A stretch of DNA of 64,000 nt from assembly GCF_009914755.1 (NCBI RefSeq), contig NC_060934.1; one strand, 5' to 3'. Numbering within the stretch: the stretch's first letter is position 1; every line of letters begins with the position of its first letter. The notes beneath the pieces are model-generated. The model was not told the DNA's origin, made no database searches, and was given only the letters and a program-made list of their open reading frames with translations. This stretch comes from the human T2T-CHM13v2.0 reference genome, Homo sapiens. Both the position numbers and the translations under genes were made by a program. Positions 27,607 through 39,659 of the stretch are shown one piece after another.

Positions 27607-27949
27607 TTACAAATTCTTTGTTAAAGCCCAACTGCTCTTTCTCTGTTTTTACCTTAGTGATAATGACCCTGCCAGGAAAGGAGGCACTTTCAGCACCTCC
27701 TCCAGGTCTCTGTGATACAATCTGGTTAGGCTTAGACCTTTCTTTCCTGCTTTCACCATGGATATGTGCCTGAAATGGTTATTCTAGCAGAATAAGAGGA
27801 GATACTAGACTTTTCCTGTTTAATACATTGAAGGAAGAAAGAAGGGGGAAGAAGAGAGGCAGGAAGTGAGGGGGCTTGGGGAGGAAGGGAAGGAGGAAAG
27901 AGGGGAGGCAGGGAGGAAATCACTCAGGATTCAGAGTAACTTGGTAGCC

Positions 27950-28070
27950 AACTGACCTTGAGCAAGTAGTATAACTTCTGTGAAAATGACACTATCCTTT
28001 TTCACAGAGTTACAAGGATCAAATGTGATAATGTACATGAAAGTCCTTTGTAAATAATAAATCAATATGT
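27950..28070 (+). mobile_element. MIR/MIR3 fragment
   Basis: tgaccttgagcaagt...aggatcaaatgtgataatgtacatgaaagtcctttgtaaa. Confidence 0.6.
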
Positions 28071-29473
28071 ACCGCTTAAGACTTCAGAACTCTTATTTTT
28101 TCGGTTTCCCCTTCAGTGTCCTTGGAGGTCCTTCTCAAAGCACTGTATCCCATCCCTTTATCCAATGAAAAAACGTGCTCTATTATCATTTTTATTCTTA
28201 CTATATTTACCTAATTATAGTACTGCGTGAACATTTTATTTTACTCTCCAAGGAGAGAATATATATCCTCCTTTCCCAACATCGTTCTAAAGAGATTAAC
28301 CTTGTTAAAATTTTCTGTTACACTTAAGTTAACAGAGGCAGAAATACCACAAACATGAAGTCTTCAGGGAGAGACAAGCATTAGAGTTTCCTGGACCCTG
28401 GATTCCTGTTAGATGTCTATTACTGAGATAGATGGCACAGACTGCCTTACATAACCGTTCCTACCAAATGGGAGCTTGGCGTGACATCTGACGGAAGACT
28501 TGCTCCTAAAAGAGTTTGTTTAAATTTTTCATCAGACTGCCTTTATGAAAAATTGAAACAGAATATTCTCCAAGTGGGGGAACAGTTTGCTAAAAAGAGG
28601 ATTAGAATTTACAATTACCTTCTTAACTATCTTTATAGGACTCTATGCTTTCTATGCCTAAAATGTCAAGCAAATGTTTGGCTTTGAAATTAGAGAAAGA
28701 AAGAAATGAATTCTTCCTCTAGCCAGAGAAGGAGGCTTTCACTTTTACATGCCTTGGTTGGCAATTTCCCATTATTAAAAGCTTTTCTCCTTCAGGCAGT
28801 GGGGAAAAATGTGCTAAAACAACAATCGTTGCCTTGCCTCTGGGGTGATCATCAGCACACTGCAAAAATGCCTTTTGTTTTCCTTCTGAAGGTGATTAGG
28901 CTGGTAGGGTGATAGAAGCAGAACTACAGCAGAATTACCAAGCTGGGAACCCATTCATTTCCCCCTGCTGCACTGCAGATCTTTCTGACCCAACTCCTGT
29001 GTCCTCAGTGACATTTAAGTATAAAAGGCGAGCTTTCTCTTTAAAATGGATGCAGCAGTTGAAAGCACTGATGAGGATAACCATCGCTTTCAGAAATTAA
29101 ATATTATAATTCTCTTGATCCCCAATATTAAAATGTTTCAGTCCTGGGTGTTTTCAAGAGAAGGGGGAAAATCTGTATTTCAGATGGTGGGAGCCTGCTG
29201 TGAATGCAGATGGAAATTTTATGGCTTGTCTAATGCTTGTCTATTTTAATAAAGAGAATAAATTACAACAGCAGTGCAATTTCATTGTATACTCCACGTG
29301 TTGCAATAATGAAATACAAGTAGCCCTGTATCCTAGAATTGTGTATCTCACTGCATTGTTCAGTTTATTACAACCTTGCTTCTGAAATTTATTTATCAAG
29401 AAGAGCACATTAGCTAAAAGAAGGGAAGAGAAAATCTCTAGGGGCAATACATGATGCTATACACTAGTGCATG

Positions 29474-29496
29474 TACACACACACACACACACACAC
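29474..29496. repeat. (CA)n microsatellite
   Basis: Direct read. Confidence 0.9.
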
Positions 29497-30169
29497 TTTC
29501 CAAGAAAAAGAACAAAAGTATTGTCTGGCTACCATGAGATCCAAATGACGGAGCTTCACATTTCATGCAACGGCACATAGTCATGGAGAAGGTACGTATG
29601 TGGGGAGTATTTGACTTGATCTCCTATCACCCCACAGAGGCTGATAGATACCAAGGCAAACATTGCTTCTCCAAACTCAGTGCGGGGGGTGTACTGAGCT
29701 GTTTGGCTTTATTCATGATGTTTATTGATTGTTCTTACTAACTTTACATGTATTGATCATCTACGCCCTACACAAAGGGAGTATACACCACACAAAGTTA
29801 AGGTATAATCATGATGGATTGGCAGCAATTTTTTAGCATAAGTGGAAATTAAAATAGAGCCAAATGAAAACAAGAAAGAAAATTACTTGAAATATTTTTG
29901 ACAGGCTGGAAACTGACCTGCTCCTCCTTTAATAACAATTAGACACAGAATGCTGTCATGTGTTTTAGAAGCAATAGAATGGAAATCTGCATGGCTGAGT
30001 TTTAAATCCCCATTCACGTACTTCTGAATAATTCTCTATGGAGAAAAAAACTCCTCAGATAAAACATAGTTTTGAAAATCCTTTTTGACATGTCAGTCTG
30101 ACATATAACCTCTAAGAATTAACATTAAGATCCAACCTGGTGCTGGAAATCCTAACGCTGACTGCTTCA

Positions 30170-30350
30170 AGTAGCAGGGGGATACTGACTATAGAAGGGA
30201 ATAAAGGAACTTTCAGGGCTGATGAAAGGTTCTACATCTTGTGGAAGGAATAGGTTAAATGACTGTGTGCATTTGTCAAAGCTGATTAACTATACCCTTA
30301 GGATCAGTGCATTTGACTGTATCTAAATTATACTTCGGTTTAAAAAAAAA
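30170..30350 (+). mobile_element. L1M 3' end
   Basis: ggaactttcagggctgatgaaaggttctacatcttg...catttgtcaaagct...gtgcatttgactgtatctaaattatac followed by an A tail. Confidence 0.75.
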
Positions 30351-32463
30351 CTCCCTAGAAACAGTAAAAACTAACAAGATCTAAGCACAGAGTTCCTTTC
30401 AGAATTTTCTGGACATATAATTGTAAAGCAAATAAGCAAATAAAATGAACATCTTTGGCTGCACATTTACACGAAAGCTGAAGGATTCCTTGTGCCACAT
30501 GTCTCAGATTCAGTGCCACACTTTACTAGGACATTACCATAAACAGTTTATTGTTATGAGATGAAAGTAAACATTGCCGAGAATGCAACTAGAAGCTCAA
30601 CATTATTAAATTGCAAGTTCAAGCTAACGTTCTGGGCTATTCATTCCTGTTATATTCCCCATTCTGACAAGAGGGACTATGGGACTTCCTAGTCCTATCT
30701 GAAGTCAATGACCCAGCTGTGGTCTACAGCACAAAAGGCTGAGTCTAAGAAGGCCTCTTGCCTTAGAATATATGTATGCCTCATTTTATGATAATTGAAT
30801 ATGTGACCTCAAACACAGATACAACAAGACACAATTATTCTTATTATAAAAAGATTTCTTTACATTGGTAAATGTCATTGTATATCTCACAATCATTCCA
30901 TCCAGGGAACTTCCTGTTTAACATAACTATTTGAGCAGTAGATACCTGTTTCATCTTAAAACAAAATGAACTGTGAACTGTTCTCTCTCATGTTTGTCTA
31001 CTTCGACTCTTATCTAAGATAAACTCTTATCACGTTAGATATCTGTTTATTTATTTCTGCTAGAACTATTAACTGCCTATACTGATATACAATGTCAGGT
31101 TAATGAAATTAAACATACAGAGAGATTTACAAACACACATTAACACAAACTACAAGAAGAGTTAGAAAATTAGTCTCATGGATTTTGGGGTAACGGCATT
31201 CTTTACTGGTAATTTGAGATTTTAATATTAAGGTGACATTTTTCATTAAAATATTATGTACACTTCTTCAGAGGTATTTTATAAAAAGATCAGCCAAGTG
31301 CATTTTAATGTTCTTGCAAAAATCTTTAAAATGTAGCTTCAAACTTTAAACAATCTTTCAATAAAGGTAGCACATTTCAGACAAGTGAAACCTAGTCCAT
31401 GTTGTTTAGACTTAGCTTGGCAACTTTTCCAAGCATTCTTACATCTAAGTGTAATCGTGCCTATTTTTGTTAACAAAAAGATTTGAAAGGAAAAACTATT
31501 CTCATGTAAAATTGTTTTTCAAGATGCTTCCTTTTTCATTTCTCTAAACTTCTGAAAATTAAACTTTTAATGCTATTACAGCATGTGAAAAAGAAATGGA
31601 TTATATTAATCATGCAGAGCTTACTGTGGATGATTTTCTTCTAATTTTCCATTTTTTAAAAATCGCTATGAATAGCATTGAAAAATTAATTTAAAAAGAA
31701 AAAATATATAAAAATCACTATTCAAATATTGCTCTCAAAGTAGAAGAATGTATTAAAACATGACACTGTTTTGAAGGCCCTATCATGAATCCAACAAATA
31801 CTTACAGCGCAGTAAATGGGAGAACACAATTATAACATCACAGTTCTTATCACAAAGATTGCCATAGTCTAGATCTGAGAAGGCTTTTAATTAGTATTTC
31901 TAACATTTATCATGTCCAGTGAATGACAGCTTAGACAAAAATCAGTGGCTTCAACACTTCTCAAAATTATTCAGTAATTATTCTCCAGGTTTCTAATTCA
32001 TCAGCTTGGTAGATTTCCGTGTTCTCGGATGTTCCAAATCTAGAACTTCAGCATTTGTGAGCTAGCTCTGAAAACTCAAGCTAAACATCAACCTGAGATA
32101 ACATTTCTTACTTTGCAAACATACTGTTAATAGTTGAAAGTAATAGGAGAAATCGGGAGGAAAGGAGGGGGCATAACCTAAATAAGTGGAAACCAATCCC
32201 TGTGCATTCCATTCTCAATACAAGGTATCACCACATATTGGTTACAGACACTCACACATGACATCACTGACAGGTTCTTTCGGGATCCTTCCTTTCTCTT
32301 CCAACCACATTCAGTAAGTCATCATGTCCCATTAATTTTCAAAGCATTTCTATCTGTGCTCCCTACAATATCTGCCACACTTCTCAGTTTTCAAGACTCC
32401 TTCAATCTACACATCTGTCTCATCTCTACCCTCTGCCCTGGTAGATGTGCCCCTTCATAAGAT

Positions 32464-32626
32464 CTCCAAAAGAAGACATACGAGTGGCCAACAAACATAT
32501 GAAAAAACGCTCCACATCACTAATCACCAGAAAACTGCAAATCAAAACCACAATGAGGTCCACCTTATACAGTCAGAATGGCTATTGTTAACAAGTCAAA
32601 AAATATCAGATGTTGGTGAGGCTGCA
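32464..32626 (+). mobile_element. Isolated internal L1 (L1PA/PB-type) ORF2 fragment
   Basis: aaaagaagacatacgagtggccaacaaacatatgaaaaaa...gcaaatcaaaaccacaatgag...cagaatggctatt. Confidence 0.88.
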
Positions 32627-33639
32627 CCTTATACATTTTCTATATCAACTGTAAGACTATTTTAATTATTTTAAAGTTGTCTGTCTCTCTTAATAGGCTG
32701 CCAGTTCCCAAGGGACTGGAAGCATGTTTTATTTTTTTGTACCCCTGGAGCATAAAAATATTTGAACCAAAATGTTGAAATATTGTTGAATCAAAACATG
32801 TATGTTTCATATTCACTGCACTACAACAAATACTCAAATGTTTCAGAATTTTGTTCTTTTTATGTCCTTCTTATGGGGTAATTCTCCAGTCAAGATAATT
32901 CTACATACTTGCTAGTATCTAAGGATTCAGTCCCTAAGAAGCCAACTGTTTATTAAATTTGTTATTCTGAACTATATGAAAATCAGCCTTTCATAAATTT
33001 TAACACATTACATAACTTGTTCCTTTCTGGTATCCAAACTGATATTAAAATATTTCCATCTGTTCTAGTGAATTTTAGTGAAAACTTCTCCGATGAAGAA
33101 GGTGAGAAAAGAAAGCAGAAACATAAATAGAAGGGTGGAAGCCAAGTGGAAGTAGAAAAAAGAGAAAGCAATGTAGACCATAGGGTTGTTCCTTAATCAA
33201 TATTTAGAATATAATTTCTAAGTGTGAGGCATAAGGTAATGGGAAATACTACAATGGAAAACACAGACGATAGAATATTAGAGGGAAAAAGCTTTCACAT
33301 CTTTATAATTCTACACTTTACCGTTGTTTATAAATGTTGCAGTATATCCACAAATCAGTTAAATTCATATATTTCAAAGCCAACCAAGAGATAAAACTAA
33401 AAGTTAAAGAGGAAGAAAAAAATTTATGTGAAACAGAAACAAAGTTCCCATGAAAATGGTCTGAATGGGCTCTCAACTGCCTTCTCCCCAAAACAACTGT
33501 GACTTTGGCCCCTTTTACCAATTGTGGCAACAACTGTGGATGTACTACATCAATATATTATGATCTAGACAATCCACACATGAAATAGTGTCAATTCTAG
33601 TTATCTCATGATGGTTAAGAGAGGATTTAAGGGGTATCA

Positions 33640-33983
33640 CGATTCTCTGTCTTATGAAGACCAGCTAAAGAAACAGGGAGCGTTTAACTTGAAGAGAAGC
33701 AGCAGCACCAACATATCACTATCTTTATCTATATAAATAGCTGGCATATGGGTGGCCATGACAGGGTGCTAGGTTTAGTCTCAAAATAAGAGAGCATGTT
33801 CTAACAATCAGAACTGTTCAGCAATGGGGGCTATGTTCAGAGATAGGACATTTCCAGTCACAGGCAATTCATAAGCAGAGACTGACAAAGCATAGAGCTG
33901 TTGTCAAGGAGAGGCTGGCTCTGCAGAGGCCCCGGCTTACTGACCTCAACAGTCCCTTCCATCTCTAAGATTCCTTGACTCTA
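33640..33983 (+). mobile_element. L3/CR1 LINE 3' end
   Basis: gtttaacttgaagagaag...ttctaacaatcagaactgttcagcaatgg...tgacctcaacagtcccttccatctctaagattc. Confidence 0.7.
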
Positions 33984-35335
33984 GAGCCTCTTTGGGAATT
34001 TTCCATACAACTCTGCCCTTCGAAACCGATGTATTTATATAAATCCTATAGATTTAAATTCAGATGTCTACAGTAGCTTTTCTTTTCACTTAAAATAAAT
34101 GAAATCATCCATTTACTCACTCTAATGAAGTGACTGAATCATGTGTTTTCATCTGCAGCCTATAAAGTCATTAAAAATGCATTAAATATGATTTGAGTGA
34201 TTGGTATAAAAATAGAGGCATGATCAGTAGATTTTTTTAAAACCAGTATTTATTGTAAAGCAATTTGAAATCATGTTTGTCATCTCCATCATATGAATTT
34301 GAGTACAAAGTGATCCTCTTGCACATGCAATATTTTAGTTACATAACTTTGTAGCATCCCCCATCATTTTCTAATAAAACAATGGTGGGCTTTCTCTGAC
34401 TGGGACAGGAAAAAATGAAACTAGAATTAAATTAGAAAGTAGTAATGTTCTTTATGTCTATTTATGTCCAATATCTCATCGGGTAGAAGGTGGCCAGGCC
34501 AGGGGCCTCTTGTGTGGGGAGAAGATTTAAATGTCCATCCCTTGGCTAAGGCAGTATAGGCAGGGGAAAGTCAAAGTTGGAAATAATCAAAATAAGAATG
34601 CAAATGAATAAGAAACAAGATCCTGGGAGTTGAAGAGAGATAAAAACAAGGCAAGAATTGGGTCCTGGGTGAGACCCTAAATAATGAAAGCAGGAGTTGG
34701 TGTGCCCAAAGCTGAATTTTATATACTTTCATATAATCGATTCACCATGACATGACATGGGGAAGATGTCACTGTACTTAAACAGTCAGGAGATGGTAGG
34801 AAATTTAGGTAGGAATAAAGCCTATTGATGACACTGGAAATTACAAAATGGGAAATGGACTCCTAGAGGAAAAAAAGTGATCTCATAGTCACAGATGGAA
34901 GGCAAGGTCACGGAAGGCAAGCAAGGCTGAGATGGTTTTAGAGACAGGTGGCATGGAGGATCTCTCCCTTGCTTTACAATTTGCCCCATCACACTCCATG
35001 AATTCTAATATGCTCTTGGAGTGAGGGATATAGCCGTCCTTGTTCTAGCACTGAAAGTGGAATCCTGGGAAACCTTTCAGTCCTGGGCAAACCAGGCCAG
35101 GTGCTTACGCTAACCCCAGATGAACCTGATGAAGCCTCTTCTCTCATCAGTTGAGAGTCACTGGCCTAAAAGAATTGCAGATGAGTTAATGAAGGCTGGA
35201 GGAAAAGTACAGAGCCCTGGGCAGAGAGCTGTGTACCCACTATCATTTCTTCATTCTACAGGACAGTGTCAAGGGAGCTAGAAGAGGACACACTGTGATT
35301 TGTAGTCCTGCCCAAGTGCTCCTTGTATGCCTTGT

Positions 35336-35400
35336 GCTCCAAGTATCCCTTGTGCTCCTACTGTGTCCTGCAGTAGGAGCACAAGGGATACTACTGGAGC
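35336..35400. repeat. Hairpin with perfect 22-bp stem and 7-nt loop
   Basis: agtatcccttgtgctcctactg (35342-35363) / cagtaggagcacaagggatact (35371-35392); extends by gctcca/tggagc after a 2-nt bulge. Confidence 0.95.
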
Positions 35401-35979
35401 TGGGAAGGACTCTCAGGACCAGTGTCAGGGTCCTCGAGATAAAACAGACAAGGAAAGGGGATCCGGCGGGCAACCTTAGGGGCCTTGCCAACATTCCAAA
35501 TCAATACCTGTGACTTTTCATCAGATGTCTTCAGAAAAACTATACTTCCATGTAGAGTATCTTTGGTTTCCTGAGAGATACAAACAGTTGTAAAATAATA
35601 GTTAAGATGAAAGAAATTCCTTCCAGCTGGATAAACTAGCATTTCAGGAAGAGGGTGAGGCAGGAGATGAGCCCCAGCAGTTGGAAGGATTTGTATATAT
35701 GAGATAGAAGGAGTGATTGCAGGCAGACCAACACAAAGACCCACAGTGACAAAGTAGGGTATGCTCTGGGGATGGTGAAAAGTAGAGTTATTCTCACCAG
35801 AACTAAGGTCAGCTAGTGGATTTTTGGAAAATGAGTTCCAAATACCAGCTCTGGCTTAAAAATGGAGGACCTGGAATATCATGTTAAAAACAAAACAAAA
35901 CAAAACAAAAATCACCAGAAACCCAGGAGAGTAGAAAACAAGAACACTGTGGGTTTAGGAAAAAGATGAAGTGCTGTTG

Positions 35980-36410
35980 TCCTTTGTGGCATTTTTCATA
36001 AAAACAAAAATGAAAATAAACTGAATATAGAAAAATAAGAGATTCGTTGGTACTTTTGGTACACTCATAAAGTAATATGCTATAGATCCTTTGAAAATTT
36101 AAAGAAATATATTTATTGAAGTGGACATATGTTCATTTTTATGTTCACATTATATTTTTAGTGGAAAAATGAGGTTACAAAAAAGGAGGTACTATTATTA
36201 TCTCATCTTCATTTGGGAAGAGGAAAAAAGGGAAGAGAAACAAAAGAAAGAGAAGGGAGGAAAGAAGAAGTGACGTATATACACGCACAGAAAAACATTG
36301 AAAAAATCTATTTCAAAATGGGAACAGCCATGTTTCTCTGGGTGATCTTTGCCTCTCTAGGTTTAATGTGGTTTCTACAATGGACATCTATTTAGATGTG
36401 AGAAAAAATA
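35980..36410 (+). mobile_element. Degenerate L1ME 3' remnant
   Basis: tttattgaagtggacatatgttcat...ttagtggaaaaatgaggttacaaaa...ctctgggtga. Confidence 0.45.
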
Positions 36411-37187
36411 AGTCCAAAGAATACACAGAATGCTCTAGTACATTACAAGTAATCAAGCACGAGTACTAGGGGCACAACAGGTATTAAACACTGTCAAAAG
36501 CTCTGAAAGCAGTCTTCTTTGCATTGACAGTTAATATTTAGCAAGAAAACCCAACAATTCATGGTTTGCCTACTTCTAATTGTCCCTGAGAAACTGCATA
36601 TGAGCACTCTTACCAGAATCACTAGAACTGAACTTCTGCTGATGAATTTCTTCCAAGTGGTTTTTGCTCTGGGAGTCAAGCAGCACTGCCAGTGGGAGGC
36701 CTTTAGTGAGAACTCAAAGGTAACCCATTAAGGCCTGCCTGGGGGGGGAGGGGGGAAGGACTGGTTTATCACAATTTAGAAAATCTCCCAAGCAGGCCGA
36801 GGCACCTTCACTGACTGTCGGGGTGCTGGTGCAGAAGCAGCTGGAGCTGCACTGGTTGATCTGGGAAATACCACCACACTTCGCTAGAACCCAAGCCTCC
36901 TGCCCCACGTTTAATGCCTCCATAAACCACATTTCTTCCTACTAGAAATTTGGCTCTGGTTTTAACTGTCCTTTCTGGAATACATATTCCCTACTTCCCC
37001 CAACATAAACACATACAGGTATTTATCGTTTCCTTATTTATTTACCCTCAGCTTGTAATTCACTTTAGCAAATTTACTTTGCCCATTTTCACTGATGACT
37101 ATCACTAAATATGCTTAGCATAAAATAAACCCTCATTTCTTCCAGGTGGACAAGGGAATGAAGAAAGGAGTGGGGAAGTGGGAGGAA

Positions 37188-37395
37188 TTAACATTTGTTG
37201 AATCACTGCATTGGGATGGCCACTTCATGTTCAATTTAATTTAGCCTTCATAGCGTCTCTTCATGGTAGGCATTATTATGGATGAGGGCACAGGGGCTCA
37301 GAGAGCTTAAGTAACCGACTTCACACTCCACAGAGAAGTAGTAGTAATTGTGTCAAGATTCAAACCCAAGCCGGTCTGCCTCCACAGCCCATGCC
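37188..37395 (-). mobile_element. MIR
   Basis: taacatttgttga...ggtaggcattattatggatgagg...ggctcagagagcttaagtaac...gattcaaacccaag. Confidence 0.8.
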
Positions 37396-38969
37396 CAGGC
37401 CCTTTCCCTTATTCCACAGGGCCTCCAAAAATCTGTTTTCCTATTACTTCAGAGATTCCTGGTAGCACTTTAAAAAACAGGCTGGATAAAGCTCTCTGCA
37501 CAGGCACAATGCAGATCGTATTAATAATTTAGTTTCCACTAAAGCTGAAATGGAGGTCTAGGAAAACAGGTCAAAGCTGAGAATGCCAAATGAACATGAG
37601 TACCCTCCTTTCCTGTGCCACAACAGAATCCTAACTAATCCACCAGAAAGCAGATAAGAACATAATGTCTATCAGATGCCAAATGGATGGCTATATAATT
37701 ATTTGAATCTTATCCTACAGAAAATCCACTGAAACATGTTATGTAAAATCAAATTACAGCCTGCCGCTGAAGACAAGGCTCTTCCATGGAGAGCTCAGGA
37801 AAAGACCAGAAACTGGACTCATATGCTTTGGAGCAAGAGAAAATTCATGCTACCTTAGCCACTGGGCAGGACTGGAAAATCAAGACCAGCACTTGCATTG
37901 GCCAGGCCATGACCCAGTCAGCAGTGTAAACACATATTTTAAATGCATTCATGGTCACCCTCAAAGATGCAATTCAGCAAAGATGAGGCACACTCAATAT
38001 CTTTTGAAACGAATCAGACTGGAATTGAGGAGATCAGGATCACTAATTCTATAATAATGAAGACAAACGAATGGGTGAACTTAATCTGCCTGGATTCCTA
38101 GTATTAATATATTAACTGTAGTTGGAATAAATGCAGATGGAATAAATGTGCATAACAAAGCCATTTATTTTTAGATGGCAAAGAATGGCTCCAGCTGAAG
38201 AGGCATAGTAAAACAGGGATCGTTAACAATGGCCATGCTTCAAAGGAAAGAAATTAATTACGGGCAGCACTTTTAAACATCAATATGGTTATCTTCCTGT
38301 TACTTAAGGACAGGCAAATGTATTTTGAGGGTTGACAGAGCTAAGTAAATATACCCATCATGTTATTGAATCGGGGTGCAGTGGCCAAGCCACTGAACAG
38401 AGGGACAGCAGGTCCTTGCAGAAGAGGGGAGGGAGCAGGGAACAGTGTGGGGATTCAGTGACCTCTGAAGCTGTGTTCCTTTCAGCATGTCCTGTCTCCT
38501 TCACCCCTAACCAGCCAGGTAGCAGATATGTGGCCAGGATTTTAAAAACTGGACATTTCAAGGGGTTACTAGAAGAAAACAAAATGCATTGTTCAAGGTT
38601 ATGATTTTGACAAATGTTGCTTCCCTAGACTATTGTAAATACACAGTGCCAATATCAATTATGAGCTTTATGCACCTGATTCAAAATAGCTTTGTGCTTT
38701 TGCAATAATATTTAACATCCCCATGTAATATTTGAAGTTAAAAACATAAAGCTTCAGTCATGCACCATTATTTAAAAAGCACTTTTTAGCTAGTTTTACT
38801 ACATAAAACAAATGAGCAATACTGGTGATGATGAGGGAGAGATAAAAATTACATGACATAAAAATCATTTATATATAGAAAATAAAGTAATAAAAATGAA
38901 AGTAAAAGCCTTCTCCAAATGCATGAATCTTATATGACTGGTGAATAATCTGCGAACAGAATAAAGGCC

Positions 38970-39150
38970 AGGGGCAGGGTGCCTTAGAGTCTGATAGCCA
39001 TGGCTTCAAGTTCAGCCTCTGAATTTATCAGTAATAGTGATAAAAAGCAATTTCTAAGCCTTGATTTCCTCATCAGCAAAATGCGAATAATGTCACCTTA
39101 CTCAGAGGGTTCATTTAACTGTTATGTGAGACAACAATGTTTGACACCTA
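38970..39150 (+). mobile_element. MIR
   Basis: ttcaagttcagcctctg...ctaagccttgatttcctcatcagcaaaatg. Confidence 0.7.
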
Positions 39151-39659
39151 TCAATTATTTTTATCGTAAATTGAACCTAACTTTTGCTAGCAGGTTTCCT
39201 ATCAATCCAAACTGAGGTTTGCTAGCAAAGTCTAAAAGCATCTGTTTTTGTCTAATCAATTTTTTGAGAAATTTAGTAGTTTTTGCCAAGCCCCCTCCTC
39301 AAATTCAACTTTTTATTCATTGCTTCTATTGTCAAGGAGGAAAACAATCCCCATCACTTCGTAAGGCCTGTGAGACTTTTCTATCCTGATAATAAGAAAA
39401 GAATGTGGTAAAGTCCAAGGTGACTCATTTCTAACATTTTGTCTGTATCATCAGCTGAAGTAGTTTTTTTGATGCTGGTGTTAATTTCTTACCATTCTAC
39501 AAATTGCATTTAATTTCTCATCTAAACTCTAAAAATTAGTCTGTTTTAAAGCCCTGAGTGAGATATTTAAAGCCAGCTTTTTCCACAGTTTTCTCATAAA
39601 AATGATAAGCATAAAATAAAAGGTGCTGGCAAATGTGGGAATAGACTCATTTCAAAAAG

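Noticed and set aside
33322-33396. ALKYMNLTDLWIYCN looks faintly like ANK3 exon 2 (ALDYIKNGVDINICN)
   Set aside because: Similarity is weak and the frame is incompatible with the phase-0 exon-1e donor; treated as coincidence.
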